Positions 54,094 to 62,177 of a stretch of DNA of 64,000 nt are shown here, one piece after another (the stretch's first letter is position 1; each line of letters opens with the position of its first letter). The notes under the pieces are model-generated. The model was not told the DNA's origin. It did not search any database and saw nothing but the letters and a program-made list of their open reading frames with translations. Source of the stretch: a virus (taxonomy: Duplodnaviria; Caudoviricetes); the IMG/VR virus record IMGVR_UViG_3300048575_000392, positions 12,145-76,144 of that record; one strand, written 5' to 3'. The position numbers and the translations under genes were made by a program.

Positions 54094-55260
54094 CTACTTA
54101 CCCTCCTTATCGCGGCGGCGCCCCTCGGAGGCCTTGAAGTTGTAGGTCGGCTTGAGCATGGAGACCACCTGGACGGTGGGCTTGATCGCTTCGAGGATCA
54201 TGTCCCTGGACTTGTAGGCCATTGGGGCCTCGTCGAGCGTGCTGGAGTTCGCCGTCGAGGAGTAGACACCATTTGCGGCGAGCCTGGCTTGGTATTCCTT
54301 GTAGTCGAGCTGCGCGAAGGCCTGGGTGCGGCTCATGATACGCCCTGCGCCGTGCGGGGCCGACTGGTTCCAATCCTCGTTCCCTAGGCCGCAGCAGATG
54401 GCGGACCCCTCCGCCGAATTGAAGGGGATAATGCAGAGCTCGCCGGCGCGCGCGCTGATGGCGCCTTTCCGGATCACCCTGTCCTCGAAGTCGATGTAGT
54501 TGTGTACTGACTCGATGGTCGTCGTGTCCGACCCACCAATGCAGCGCCCGATGAAGGTGGAGATTTTCACCATCATGTCGTGCCGGTTCAGCGACGCGTA
54601 GCGCTGCGCGACCGCCATGGCATCGAGATACTCCGCGGCGAGGGGATTGTCCCTCGGGATGAACTCCATGTCGCGCTCAGGCTCGATAAGGAAGCTCTCC
54701 AGGAGCTTCCTCGCCGCCGCCTGATAGAAGTCGGCTACACGCTTCCCGAAGTTCCTGGAGCCGGAATGGATGACCACCCAGGTATCTCCAGTCTCGTCCA
54801 CGTCGACCTCGATAAAGTGATTGCCCCCCCCCAGCGAGCCTATGGCCCGGCGCACGTCGATGAAGCTCGCGCCGATGCGCTTGCAGACCTTGGCCAGCGA
54901 GTCGTAGAAGCCCGCCTCGAGCCCGTCGCGCGGCTCCTCGTTGATGCAGTGCCCCGAGGGGATGTTAGCCTTGATGAAGGCATCGAGCTCCTCGTATTCG
55001 ACCCCAATGGCGCCGAGGCGGCAGGCGAGCATCCCGCAGCCGATGTCCACGCCCACGATCTGGGGCATGATGTAGTCCCCGAGCTGGCTCGTGAACCCCA
55101 CGCAGGACCCCTTGCCGGCGTGGCAGTCGGGCATGATCGCGATCCGGCGCTTCCCGAAGGCGGGATGATTGAGGAAGCCCTGGATCTGCTCCCTCGTGGC
55201 GTCATCGATCGAGTCGATCATGACTTTGGCGAAATTGTACTTCCCCTTCATCACCTGCAT
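54094..55260 (-). CDS. rtcB: RtcB-family RNA ligase
   Basis: IMPDCHAG, GVDIGCG, GSLGGGNHF, IHSGSR, SAPHGAGR and DEAPMAYK motifs; start re-called at MQVMKG. Confidence 0.92.
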   Translation of the reverse strand: MQVMKGKYNFAKVMIDSIDDATREQIQGFLNHPAFGKRRIAIMPDCHAGKGSCVGFTSQLGDYIMPQIVGVDIGCGMLACRLGAIGVEYEELDAFIKANIPSGHCINEEPRDGLEAGFYDSLAKVCKRIGASFIDVRRAIGSLGGGNHFIEVDVDETGDTWVVIHSGSRNFGKRVADFYQAAARKLLESFLIEPERDMEFIPRDNPLAAEYLDAMAVAQRYASLNRHDMMVKISTFIGRCIGGSDTTTIESVHNYIDFEDRVIRKGAISARAGELCIIPFNSAEGSAICCGLGNEDWNQSAPHGAGRIMSRTQAFAQLDYKEYQARLAANGVYSSTANSSTLDEAPMAYKSRDMILEAIKPTVQVVSMLKPTYNFKASEGRRRDKEGK

Positions 55261-55270
55261 GTTTTTTCCC

Positions 55271-55453
55271 TCACAGCCCGGAATCGGCGTCCGAGAACGC
55301 CATCCCGTGCGCATCGGTAGTCACATCGCAAGGTATTCCCCTGCGAGCCGTCTCTACTTCCTTCTTCCGGCGGAGATCTTTTTGGAGGTCATCGAAATCG
55401 TAGGTCCTCCCTGAGCACACCTCATCGACCATTTCCCGCGTCCTGTTTTTCAT
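55271..55453 (-). CDS. Small hypothetical protein
   Basis: MKNRTRE start, ATGA-coupled. Confidence 0.35.
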   Translation of the reverse strand: MKNRTREMVDEVCSGRTYDFDDLQKDLRRKKEVETARRGIPCDVTTDAHGMAFSDADSGL

Positions 55454-55965
55454 GCCGTTACTCTCCATTTTCTCATCTGATCTTCGAGCACCTTATAGAG
55501 CCCTTCCTTGTCGCATCCTTTCCGAATCGCGTCGATGATGTTCCCCGTGTCGTCGCTGCCTTCTTCGGACTTGCTCCTTTGGGCCGAAGCTACGCAAGGA
55601 ACGGAATTACTTGCTTGCCGTCGTATCTCTGCCACAAGGCGAGCTCGTTTTTCCGCCATCTCTCTTGCGTGTTCGGCGTCCCATTGCGGGTCCTCTTCAA
55701 TTCCCGCTCCTGGTATCGCCGTCAGCTCATCGATGTAGTCCTTCACTTCCCCTTCGTACCTGAACCATTCGCCGGTCAGACGGTACTCTTTGAACCGCCC
55801 GTGCAGTGCCCTTTCGAGAGACTCCCCGCCGTTCTGCATAGCGAGCATCCGAAGCTCTCCTGGGTGACCGACCTGTAAGCTCCGCAGACGACGCCACGGG
55901 GTCTCTGATTGCCCAACTTTTACGGCGTTGGCAACGACGCTGAAGACGAAATAAACCTTGCTCAT
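55450..55965 (-). CDS. T5orf172/GIY-YIG family protein
   Basis: VYF...VKVG.S..PWRRLRSLQ...ERALHGRF...GEWF. Confidence 0.8.
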   Translation of the reverse strand: MSKVYFVFSVVANAVKVGQSETPWRRLRSLQVGHPGELRMLAMQNGGESLERALHGRFKEYRLTGEWFRYEGEVKDYIDELTAIPGAGIEEDPQWDAEHAREMAEKRARLVAEIRRQASNSVPCVASAQRSKSEEGSDDTGNIIDAIRKGCDKEGLYKVLEDQMRKWRVTA

Positions 55966-55970
55966 AGTCG

Positions 55971-56144
55971 CTATTTATTAGCCTCTATGAGGAGTTCGCC
56001 GATGTTTGAGGCGGCGATGATCTTCCCGACCAACCAAGAACGAGAGCACCCCACCGCTTCGCAAACCTGGTCGATTTTCTCCAGGTTCTCCTCGATTATC
56101 CAAAGCGTCACGGGCTTTCCGCCCTTGGTTTCCTGCGTAATCAT
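55971..56144 (-). CDS. Ribbon-helix-helix (CopG-like) small regulator, 57 aa
   Basis: Manually read MITQETKGGKPVTLWIIEENLEKIDQVCEAVGCSRSWLVGKII. Confidence 0.55.
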   Translation of the reverse strand: MITQETKGGKPVTLWIIEENLEKIDQVCEAVGCSRSWLVGKIIAASNIGELLIEANK

Positions 56145-56147
56145 CTT

Positions 56148-56816
56148 TCAGTCCTTCTTGTAGTTCGAGAGCTCGTGCGCCTTGGCCGAGGGCCAGCCCG
56201 GTTTTCCGAGCTGGAGCGTAGCCGCGACATGCTTGAAGCCGAACCACTCCGGGGGAAGATGGGTCACGATGTCGTTGGCGTAGCGGTAGCGGAGGGTCAA
56301 CGGGACCCGCTTGTTGAAGCTCTCCACGAAGGCCTTGTTGCCGACCCGCGGCGACCCGAAAGTGATGCACTCCACGGCGTCCTCGGAGATGAAGCGGTCT
56401 GCGAAGTTGTACTGGAGATCGACCGCGCAAAGCGTCGCCAGAGCACCGCCCAGGGAGTGACCCGCGACGACCAAGCCCTTCACCTCCGAGTGATCCTTGA
56501 GCCATGAGTGAATGAAGCCGCGGGCGTAACCCGTGTAGTCCAAGAAGAACCCGAGATGCAGCCTGATCTTGCTCGCCTTGTTTCCGTAGGCCAGGGATTT
56601 CTTCACGAAGACGAAGTTTGTGAACCAGTTCTCCGTGGAATCCGTGCAGCGAAAAACGATGTAGGCCGTCGTGCTTCCGTCGCGGAAGATCGCGCCCTCG
56701 ATGTCGAGGAATCCGTCGTTGAAGGTCTCCATGGTCCATCCATCGGGCGCGGCGCCGCGGAGCTCGGCCTCGATAAGGGCAATCGCCTTTCCTCTCTCAA
56801 GATCGAATCCGAGCAT
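56148..56816 (-). CDS. Class 3 lipase (alpha/beta hydrolase)
   Basis: IVFRCTDS, HLGF, GHSLGG, TFGSPRVG, DIVTHLP and terminal His. Confidence 0.85.
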   Translation of the reverse strand: MLGFDLERGKAIALIEAELRGAAPDGWTMETFNDGFLDIEGAIFRDGSTTAYIVFRCTDSTENWFTNFVFVKKSLAYGNKASKIRLHLGFFLDYTGYARGFIHSWLKDHSEVKGLVVAGHSLGGALATLCAVDLQYNFADRFISEDAVECITFGSPRVGNKAFVESFNKRVPLTLRYRYANDIVTHLPPEWFGFKHVAATLQLGKPGWPSAKAHELSNYKKD

Positions 56817-57373
56817 CAGAGTCCCCCTTCTTCAAGAACCCAGTTCGCGTACAGGATGGTCTTCTCGGGGACCTCACCGGTGCGGACGCGCGAAAGCCCC
56901 GCGTTGTAGGCGCACACGGCGTCGTACCAGCCCCCCGTCACGTCGTAGAGGTGGCGGAGGTACCGCATCCCCACCGCCAGATTGTCGCCGGGGGCGAGCG
57001 GGTCGAATGCACGGTCGTCGTTGTAGCGCCACTTGTAGTCGGCCAGGTAGCGAGAGTTGAGCTGCATGAGGCCGTAGTCCGTCGACCCGTTCGGATTGGC
57101 CCGCACGCAGGACGCATCCCAGCCCGATTCCCACTCGATGAGCCGTCCAAGGACGGCCTCGGGGATCTGCAAGGAAGCGTTGAGCTCGGCTATCTTCGCG
57201 GCGTACTCGATCGGGAAGACGTAGCCGGGGATCATTTTCGTGACCTCACGAAAATGGTAGGAGGCCTCTATGCGCTGGACCGCGGGTTCGGCCTTGACCT
57301 CGGAATAAGGCATTGCCGATCCGCAGGTCATCACAACGAGTGCGACGATGGCCAAGTAACTACCTTTTCGCAT
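56816..57373 (-). CDS. Lytic transglycosylase (SLT) with N-terminal signal/anchor
   Basis: IEWESG, GLMQL and AYNAG motifs; hydrophobic N-terminus. Confidence 0.85.
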   Translation of the reverse strand: MRKGSYLAIVALVVMTCGSAMPYSEVKAEPAVQRIEASYHFREVTKMIPGYVFPIEYAAKIAELNASLQIPEAVLGRLIEWESGWDASCVRANPNGSTDYGLMQLNSRYLADYKWRYNDDRAFDPLAPGDNLAVGMRYLRHLYDVTGGWYDAVCAYNAGLSRVRTGEVPEKTILYANWVLEEGGL

Positions 57374-57494
57374 TCTTGACCTCCCGGCGCCGGCGGTCCT
57401 TGTCGATCATCTGAAGTACGCCTTCGACCGCCACGGCGAGGAGGACGAACATCATGAAGTAGAGGAACGCATAGCCCAAAATAATCCCGACCAT
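57360..57494 (-). CDS. Small single-pass membrane protein
   Basis: 44 aa with one hydrophobic helix and a basic C-tail; GGAG RBS. Confidence 0.5.
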   Translation of the reverse strand: MVGIILGYAFLYFMMFVLLAVAVEGVLQMIDKDRRRREVKNAKR

Positions 57495-57513
57495 CTCTCC
57501 CCTCCCCGTTTCG

Positions 57514-57828
57514 TTATGCGGCTTGTTCTCGCTGATTTGAGACTTCCCGGCGTTGTGCCGGTGTAAGAGCGCCCCATCGGCGCTCGTGCTCGCAGAGAGG
57601 CAGCGCAACCCACTCGAGAAAATGCTCACGTGAAAAGCGCTTATGGGCCGGGTCATCAAAGACCCCGAAGCCAGGGAGAAGATGCTTACGTCGGTGAAAA
57701 TACGTCTTCTCAAAACCCCACGCGAGCGCGCAGTCCTCCATGCTGAACCAGAGTTTCTCCTGAGTCCCCGCGTTGTTCGCGAAGCGAAATATGTTTTCCA
57801 GCACTTGGGCATCAAGCTCTATCGTCAT
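57514..57828 (-). CDS. Putative excisionase-like winged-helix protein
   Basis: Start re-called at MTIELD (GGAGG RBS); WFSMEDCALAWG resembles Xis/AlpA helices. Confidence 0.45.
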   Translation of the reverse strand: MTIELDAQVLENIFRFANNAGTQEKLWFSMEDCALAWGFEKTYFHRRKHLLPGFGVFDDPAHKRFSREHFLEWVALPLCEHERRWGALTPAQRREVSNQREQAA

Positions 57829-57871
57829 TGTTCCGATCCTCCGAATAAGGGGGTTTGAGAGCCCCATGAAT

Positions 57872-57943
57872 AGCGAAGCGCGGGAATCGAACCCGCCTAA
57901 ACCGGCGTGGAAGGCCGGCGCCCAACCGATAGGCCAGCTCCGC
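57872..57943 (-). tRNA. tRNA-Gly (TCC), CCA not encoded
   Basis: Cloverleaf: acceptor GCGGAGC/GCTTCGC, anticodon arm CCGGC-CTTCCAC-GCCGG, T arm GCGGG-TTCGATT-CCCGC, discriminator U. Confidence 0.88.
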
Positions 57944-58205
57944 GAAGTAGGGGCGGACGGCTCGCAGCTATCCGTTCCGTCCACCCCAGTCATTCAATAT
58001 TCGATGATGGAAGCATCAGTATGAGCGGGCTTTCAGCCGATCGCTCTCAGAGCCCCGCTCCCGGCTCACTGGGCCCCTTCTCCCAGTGCCGGACTTCCAT
58101 CCCGCCGTAGCCATCCGCCTCGTCATCATCACCAAGGCGTCCGGGGTTTTGTTCTTGAGCTGGCCTTACCCCGACAACCAGCGCGAAGTAGCCGCAGTGC
58201 ATCGC

Positions 58206-58940
58206 CTACGCGATGATTGCGATGTCCTGGATCTTCTCCGCGAGCCAGTCGCGGATCGCCAGTACGGCGAAGTTGCGCCAGCGCCCGCCGTCAGCCTCGA
58301 AGAGGGCGCACACAGGCGCCTTCCCCTCGCCGTCCACGCGGACGCGGAAGAGGAACTCGGACTCGACCTGATCGAGCTCCCGGAAGGTCCGGAAGGGCTT
58401 CAGGTTGACGATGACCGGCGCCTGCTCGTTCTTCTTCAGCGCGCCCGTCACGCCGACCTTGACGGTGGCGGTCTGGGTGATGCCGTCGTCCTCGGTGACG
58501 ACGTTCGTGCCGGAGAAGAGGTTCGAGGTGTAGGCGATGACGCGCTCGAGGTCCGGCGACGGGGAGTACATAGAGCGGAGCCGGATGACGAACTCCTCCG
58601 TCGGCATGAACCTGCCGAAGGGGTACTCCTCGAGCTCCTCGTCCACGTTGGCCTCGGCGAAAGCGTCGCGCTTTCGGTTGACCCCACAAATCTTGGACAC
58701 GAGCTTCACCGTCTTCGGGTTGACGACGTGGAGCATGAGCTCGAGCCTCTTGAGCTCGTCGACGTTCTTCTCGATGTAGTCGGAGAGGCCGGTTAAGGTG
58801 AGTACCTCCACCGGGTCGGGCCTGGGCTCGAAGAAGACGGGCTTGAGATCGCGGACGGAGTAGTTGACCCCATCCACTTCCTTCACGGTCGCATCGTCTC
58901 CGAGGGAGACGATCTTATCGACGAAATTTGCATCGATCAC
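58206..58940 (-). CDS. Conserved phage protein (DUF2303-like)
   Basis: DDGITQTATVKVG and LKPFRTFRELDQVESEFLFRV; paired with the upstream gene. Confidence 0.6.
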   Translation of the reverse strand: MIDANFVDKIVSLGDDATVKEVDGVNYSVRDLKPVFFEPRPDPVEVLTLTGLSDYIEKNVDELKRLELMLHVVNPKTVKLVSKICGVNRKRDAFAEANVDEELEEYPFGRFMPTEEFVIRLRSMYSPSPDLERVIAYTSNLFSGTNVVTEDDGITQTATVKVGVTGALKKNEQAPVIVNLKPFRTFRELDQVESEFLFRVRVDGEGKAPVCALFEADGGRWRNFAVLAIRDWLAEKIQDIAIIA

Positions 58941-58952
58941 TGCACAGCCTCC

Positions 58953-59330
58953 TTACTTGGCTATCGAGAAACTTCTCATGCCGGGGACGGCCTGTTCCTC
59001 TTGCCCGTCCTCGATACCTTCGAGCTTGCCCTGATGCGGATCGTCCGGGTACGCCACCAGGTCGCCGTCTTTTCTGTCGAAGAAGACGAACGATTCATGG
59101 GGCTGCATGGCCGGCAGCTTCGATGTGACCGCGACCTTGGACACGGCCGTCCTGCGCAGCTTGTCGGGGCGAATCACCACCTTGATGGTGATCTCGCGCG
59201 CGGCGTCGGGCTTAGTGTTGAGGTCGGCGATGTTGTCGACGATCTTCTTCCACTCCACATCGAAGAGCTCCTGGATGGCGCCTCCGTTCAGGTTCTCGAG
59301 GTCTACCTCGCGGATCGTCTGGTTGATCAA
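58953..59330 (-). CDS. Conserved phage protein, partner of 58206..58940
   Basis: LNGGAIQELF...NIADLNT....REITIKV. Confidence 0.6.
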   Translation of the reverse strand: MINQTIREVDLENLNGGAIQELFDVEWKKIVDNIADLNTKPDAAREITIKVVIRPDKLRRTAVSKVAVTSKLPAMQPHESFVFFDRKDGDLVAYPDDPHQGKLEGIEDGQEEQAVPGMRSFSIAK

Positions 59331-59393
59331 CGCTTTGCTCCTCCTTTTCCTCGAAATGCCTCCCCATACGAGGAGGAAAGAAACCTCTCGCCG

Positions 59394-60218
59394 CTACTCG
59401 CTGTCGGGGAGGGGGTCATCAGCGGCGAGAGGTGGGGTAACTTGGTTGATCCGTGCGAGGGCTCGCGCGGCGGCCGCGCGGCCCGAGCTATTAAGCTGGC
59501 GCTGCCAGGCCCCGACAGATGGAGCCCAGCGGAAGCCCTCGGACTTGAGGACGGCTCTCTTCGCCTCGTCGGGCTTGCCCTTGAAAACAAGCTGGATGCG
59601 CATGAGGTCCGGGTCCTCGACAACGCGCACGTCGCCAACCACACGCTCTGAGGCCGGCGCCGCCTTCTCCTCAGCGAGGGCCTTCCGTCGCGCCTCGAGC
59701 CTTCGGATGTTCGCGCCCAGGTTGGTGAGCTGGAAACTCTCGAATCCGTAGCATCCGAAGCAGTTCGGCTCCATAAGCTTTTTGGCTCTCTCAGGGGACC
59801 ATACAAGCTCGGCAAGCTCCGATTCGAGCGGCTTCCCGGCTAAAATGCCGCGAACGAGGACATTCGCCTTTTTCATGGTGTCCCGGAGCTTGCGCATCTT
59901 TTCGAGCTTCGCGTCTATCTCGGCAACGGGGTCCTCTGCATCCGCGTAGATCGACGTGTTGTTCTCGGCGGCATCGGCCCGGCGATCGAGATCGTCAGCC
60001 TGGCCTGAGGCGGCGATACTCTTCCGCATGAGGTTGTCACAGCGCTCGTGGTCCCGGCGTGCTCCCGCCTCGGAGTGATGGCCAACGAGGATGGGCTGGC
60101 CCATGTAGAAACGCTCTGCGATCTTATCGGAGCTCTTCTGGGCGGCCGCAGCCTCGCCTCGGGCCTCCTCGGCGCGCTCACGAAGACGATCCGCACGGCC
60201 TTCGCGTGCGGCTCTCAT
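59394..60218 (-). CDS. DUF3560-domain protein
   Basis: GQPILVGHHSE..ARRD; C-terminal RIQLVFKGKPD...LKSEGFRWAPSVGAWQR. Confidence 0.8.
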   Translation of the reverse strand: MRAAREGRADRLRERAEEARGEAAAAQKSSDKIAERFYMGQPILVGHHSEAGARRDHERCDNLMRKSIAASGQADDLDRRADAAENNTSIYADAEDPVAEIDAKLEKMRKLRDTMKKANVLVRGILAGKPLESELAELVWSPERAKKLMEPNCFGCYGFESFQLTNLGANIRRLEARRKALAEEKAAPASERVVGDVRVVEDPDLMRIQLVFKGKPDEAKRAVLKSEGFRWAPSVGAWQRQLNSSGRAAAARALARINQVTPPLAADDPLPDSE

Positions 60219-60532
60219 GAGTACGCCACCTTCTCAGCATGGTGAGCGCGCCAGTTCGCAAAGGTCCGCTGTACAGCGTCCATCCGACTCTGATCGGTGT
60301 GATAGTCGAGCCACTCGCCCCACGAGCTAGGAGTGTCCTTCGCCAAGTCAGTAGGTGTACTGCCGGTGAACGGCCTACAGGCGCATTCCGCGTGGATGAC
60401 GACTTTTTTGCCAGGGCGAAGCTCTCCCCAAACGACGGAATCGCCGTCGGCCATGATGCGATTGCAGACTCGGCACCGATGCGCGTGTTTTCGCAGATTG
60501 AGGGCGCGGCGATAGACGGCGAAGACCCTCAC
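60215..60532 (-). CDS. Zn-finger hypothetical protein
   Basis: GTG start coupled to the upstream regulator stop (GTGA); CRVC...HAEC motif. Confidence 0.5.
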   Translation of the reverse strand: MRVFAVYRRALNLRKHAHRCRVCNRIMADGDSVVWGELRPGKKVVIHAECACRPFTGSTPTDLAKDTPSSWGEWLDYHTDQSRMDAVQRTFANWRAHHAEKVAYS

Positions 60533-60723
60533 GACCGTTCCCTGGCAGATGAAAGACACTCGGCAAGATCCCGAGCCTGTACAGACTCGTCCATTCCAAT
60601 ATCGAGGAGATAGCGCGCCTCTTCCGCCAAGGTACGATGATCCTTCTTGGCGCGCGCTCGAAGTCGCTTTTTGAGAGCCTCGGGGCAACGAATTGTCATA
60701 AAATCGGTGTTACTGGTCGGCAT
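60529..60723 (-). CDS. Arc-like ribbon-helix-helix regulator (Cro position)
   Basis: FMTIRCPEALKKRLRARAKKDHRTLAEEARYLL; first gene of the lytic operon. Confidence 0.75.
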   Translation of the reverse strand: MPTSNTDFMTIRCPEALKKRLRARAKKDHRTLAEEARYLLDIGMDESVQARDLAECLSSARERS

Positions 60724-60743
60724 GGTTTCACCTCACGAAAACC

Positions 60744-60772
60744 AACATAAACCCACCAATACACCTTGTCAA
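60744..60772 (-). promoter_or_regulatory. Early lytic sigma70 promoter
   Basis: TTGACA(60772-60767)-N17-TATGTT(60749-60744), followed by a GAGGTG RBS. Confidence 0.75.
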
Positions 60773-60825
60773 TAGTTTTTGTTGATTTTTGTGGGATGAT
60801 TGCCGAAAATAAAGTGGAGGGAAAA

Positions 60826-61089
60826 ATGGCAAGACCGAAAAGCAAAGACCCAAAATCCGAATACATTACAATTCGAATTACCGAGGATCTGCGTGGGCGC
60901 TTTGATACGCTACATGAGAGGAGTTATTCCTCCCTTGAAAAGCAACAATTCGCAGGATTATTGATTTTGAAGGGAATCGAGCGGCTAGAGAGATTAGAAA
61001 AACTTGAGCTTGAGGCTGATGAAACAACTAATAGTGAAATGCCTAATGAAGTCGATACCAGTCTTTCCAAGGCGGCCGGAGACAAATAG
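60826..61089 (+). CDS. Ribbon-helix-helix regulator (repressor position)
   Basis: Start re-called at MARPKSK (GGAGG RBS); EYITIRITEDLRGRF; divergent from the Arc-like gene. Confidence 0.7.
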   Translation: MARPKSKDPKSEYITIRITEDLRGRFDTLHERSYSSLEKQQFAGLLILKGIERLERLEKLELEADETTNSEMPNEVDTSLSKAAGDK

Positions 61090-61196
61090 TTCCTTTCCCG
61101 GCTGGACAGGTTCCGGCCGCCATACGACAATATCAATGTAAAATATTGCCCTTTCGGGTAAAGGAATAAACGTCCAGCTATGAAACATGGCATCCC

Positions 61197-61700
61197 GTGA
61201 ACTTACCTGTGTTTAAAATATCAAAGCCAGCTACATGGGTATTCGCAGCCGATAAACCTGCCCAATGGAAAGGCATTCCGCTTTGTGATCGAGATACAAG
61301 TCGCCAGCTTACCGAAACCGATATTGTTCAGTTTTTCCAGGCAACCTTCGCGTTTCTAGAAAGAGATGGAAAATACATTCCCTATGACGAGAAGATCAAG
61401 GCCGTAAAAACAATCCTAAACAGAATGATCCGGCCACCTGAGAAAAGGGCGATCAACCGCGATGTGAATAAATCACTACTTGCCGCTGCCATGGCAAAAA
61501 TGAAAGCGAAAGAAGCCATTTGGGGTGATGCTGTCATCAGGGCAAAGGCCGAGTTCGAGAATAGAGGTATTAACGATCCTGATGATGATACGCCCGGCTA
61601 TCGTGAACGGGTGAACGAATTATTCCAAGAGATTTACAGCACATCTCCAGTCAATGACCGCGGCAAGTGGGCGGAAGACTGGTTCAAGAAGTACATGTAA
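61197..61700 (+). CDS. Mini-MuF: internally deleted homolog of the phage's own minor head protein
   Basis: Manual alignment to MuF aa about 78-153 and to a 54-aa segment at the MuF C-terminus (27/54 identical, ungapped). Confidence 0.75.
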   Translation: MNLPVFKISKPATWVFAADKPAQWKGIPLCDRDTSRQLTETDIVQFFQATFAFLERDGKYIPYDEKIKAVKTILNRMIRPPEKRAINRDVNKSLLAAAMAKMKAKEAIWGDAVIRAKAEFENRGINDPDDDTPGYRERVNELFQEIYSTSPVNDRGKWAEDWFKKYM

Positions 61701-61836
61701 AATGGCTTCGGCTGAACGCCAGGCCGTCAAGGATCGATTAACCCGGTCTCGGACATATCCGTTCATGTTCGAGAGTTTTCTGCCACTTCCTTTCCAATAT
61801 TTATTTTTCTGAATATTGACTCGGCGAAGTCCGAGT

Positions 61837-62166
61837 CGCCGAAGGCGTCTTTAGGTCAGTCGAGCGAATCGCTGTATTATATTAATTCTATTCCTTTCCT
61901 TTCCCTTCTATTCCTTTCTCTTCTTCTGGGGCTGAGGGCTCACTGAGCATCCACGTCATTGCAGTGAGGACTCACTGAATAGCGTTATTTTGATGACATA
62001 TTATGTCTTTTGCTTACATATGAAGCACGTTTGCATATTATCTCCATATTTTGGCATTGGAGTGATCCGGAGAGACAAAAAAGGCGCCCTCAGAGGTTTT
62101 TAGCCCCGAAAAGCGCCTTGTTTTGACGATTCACTGAATACTCAGTGAGGACTCAGTGATTGCTCA
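61837..62166. repeat. Non-coding second copy of the ori-like block, with TCA(C/G)TGA iteron arrays
   Basis: CGCCGAAGGCGT at 61837; pyrimidine tract; CAGTGAG-GA-CTCACTG at 61962-61977; 11-bp-period array at 62131-62166. Confidence 0.65.
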
Positions 62167-62177
62167 TTCTCTAGTCA

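Noticed and set aside
58023-58060. Hammerhead-ribozyme-like CTGA...GAAA on the minus strand
   Set aside because: The core does not match CUGANGA and the third stem and cleavage triplet are missing.
61702-61812. 36-codon + strand ORF after mini-MuF
   Set aside because: Short, with no clear RBS or motif; cannot be supported.
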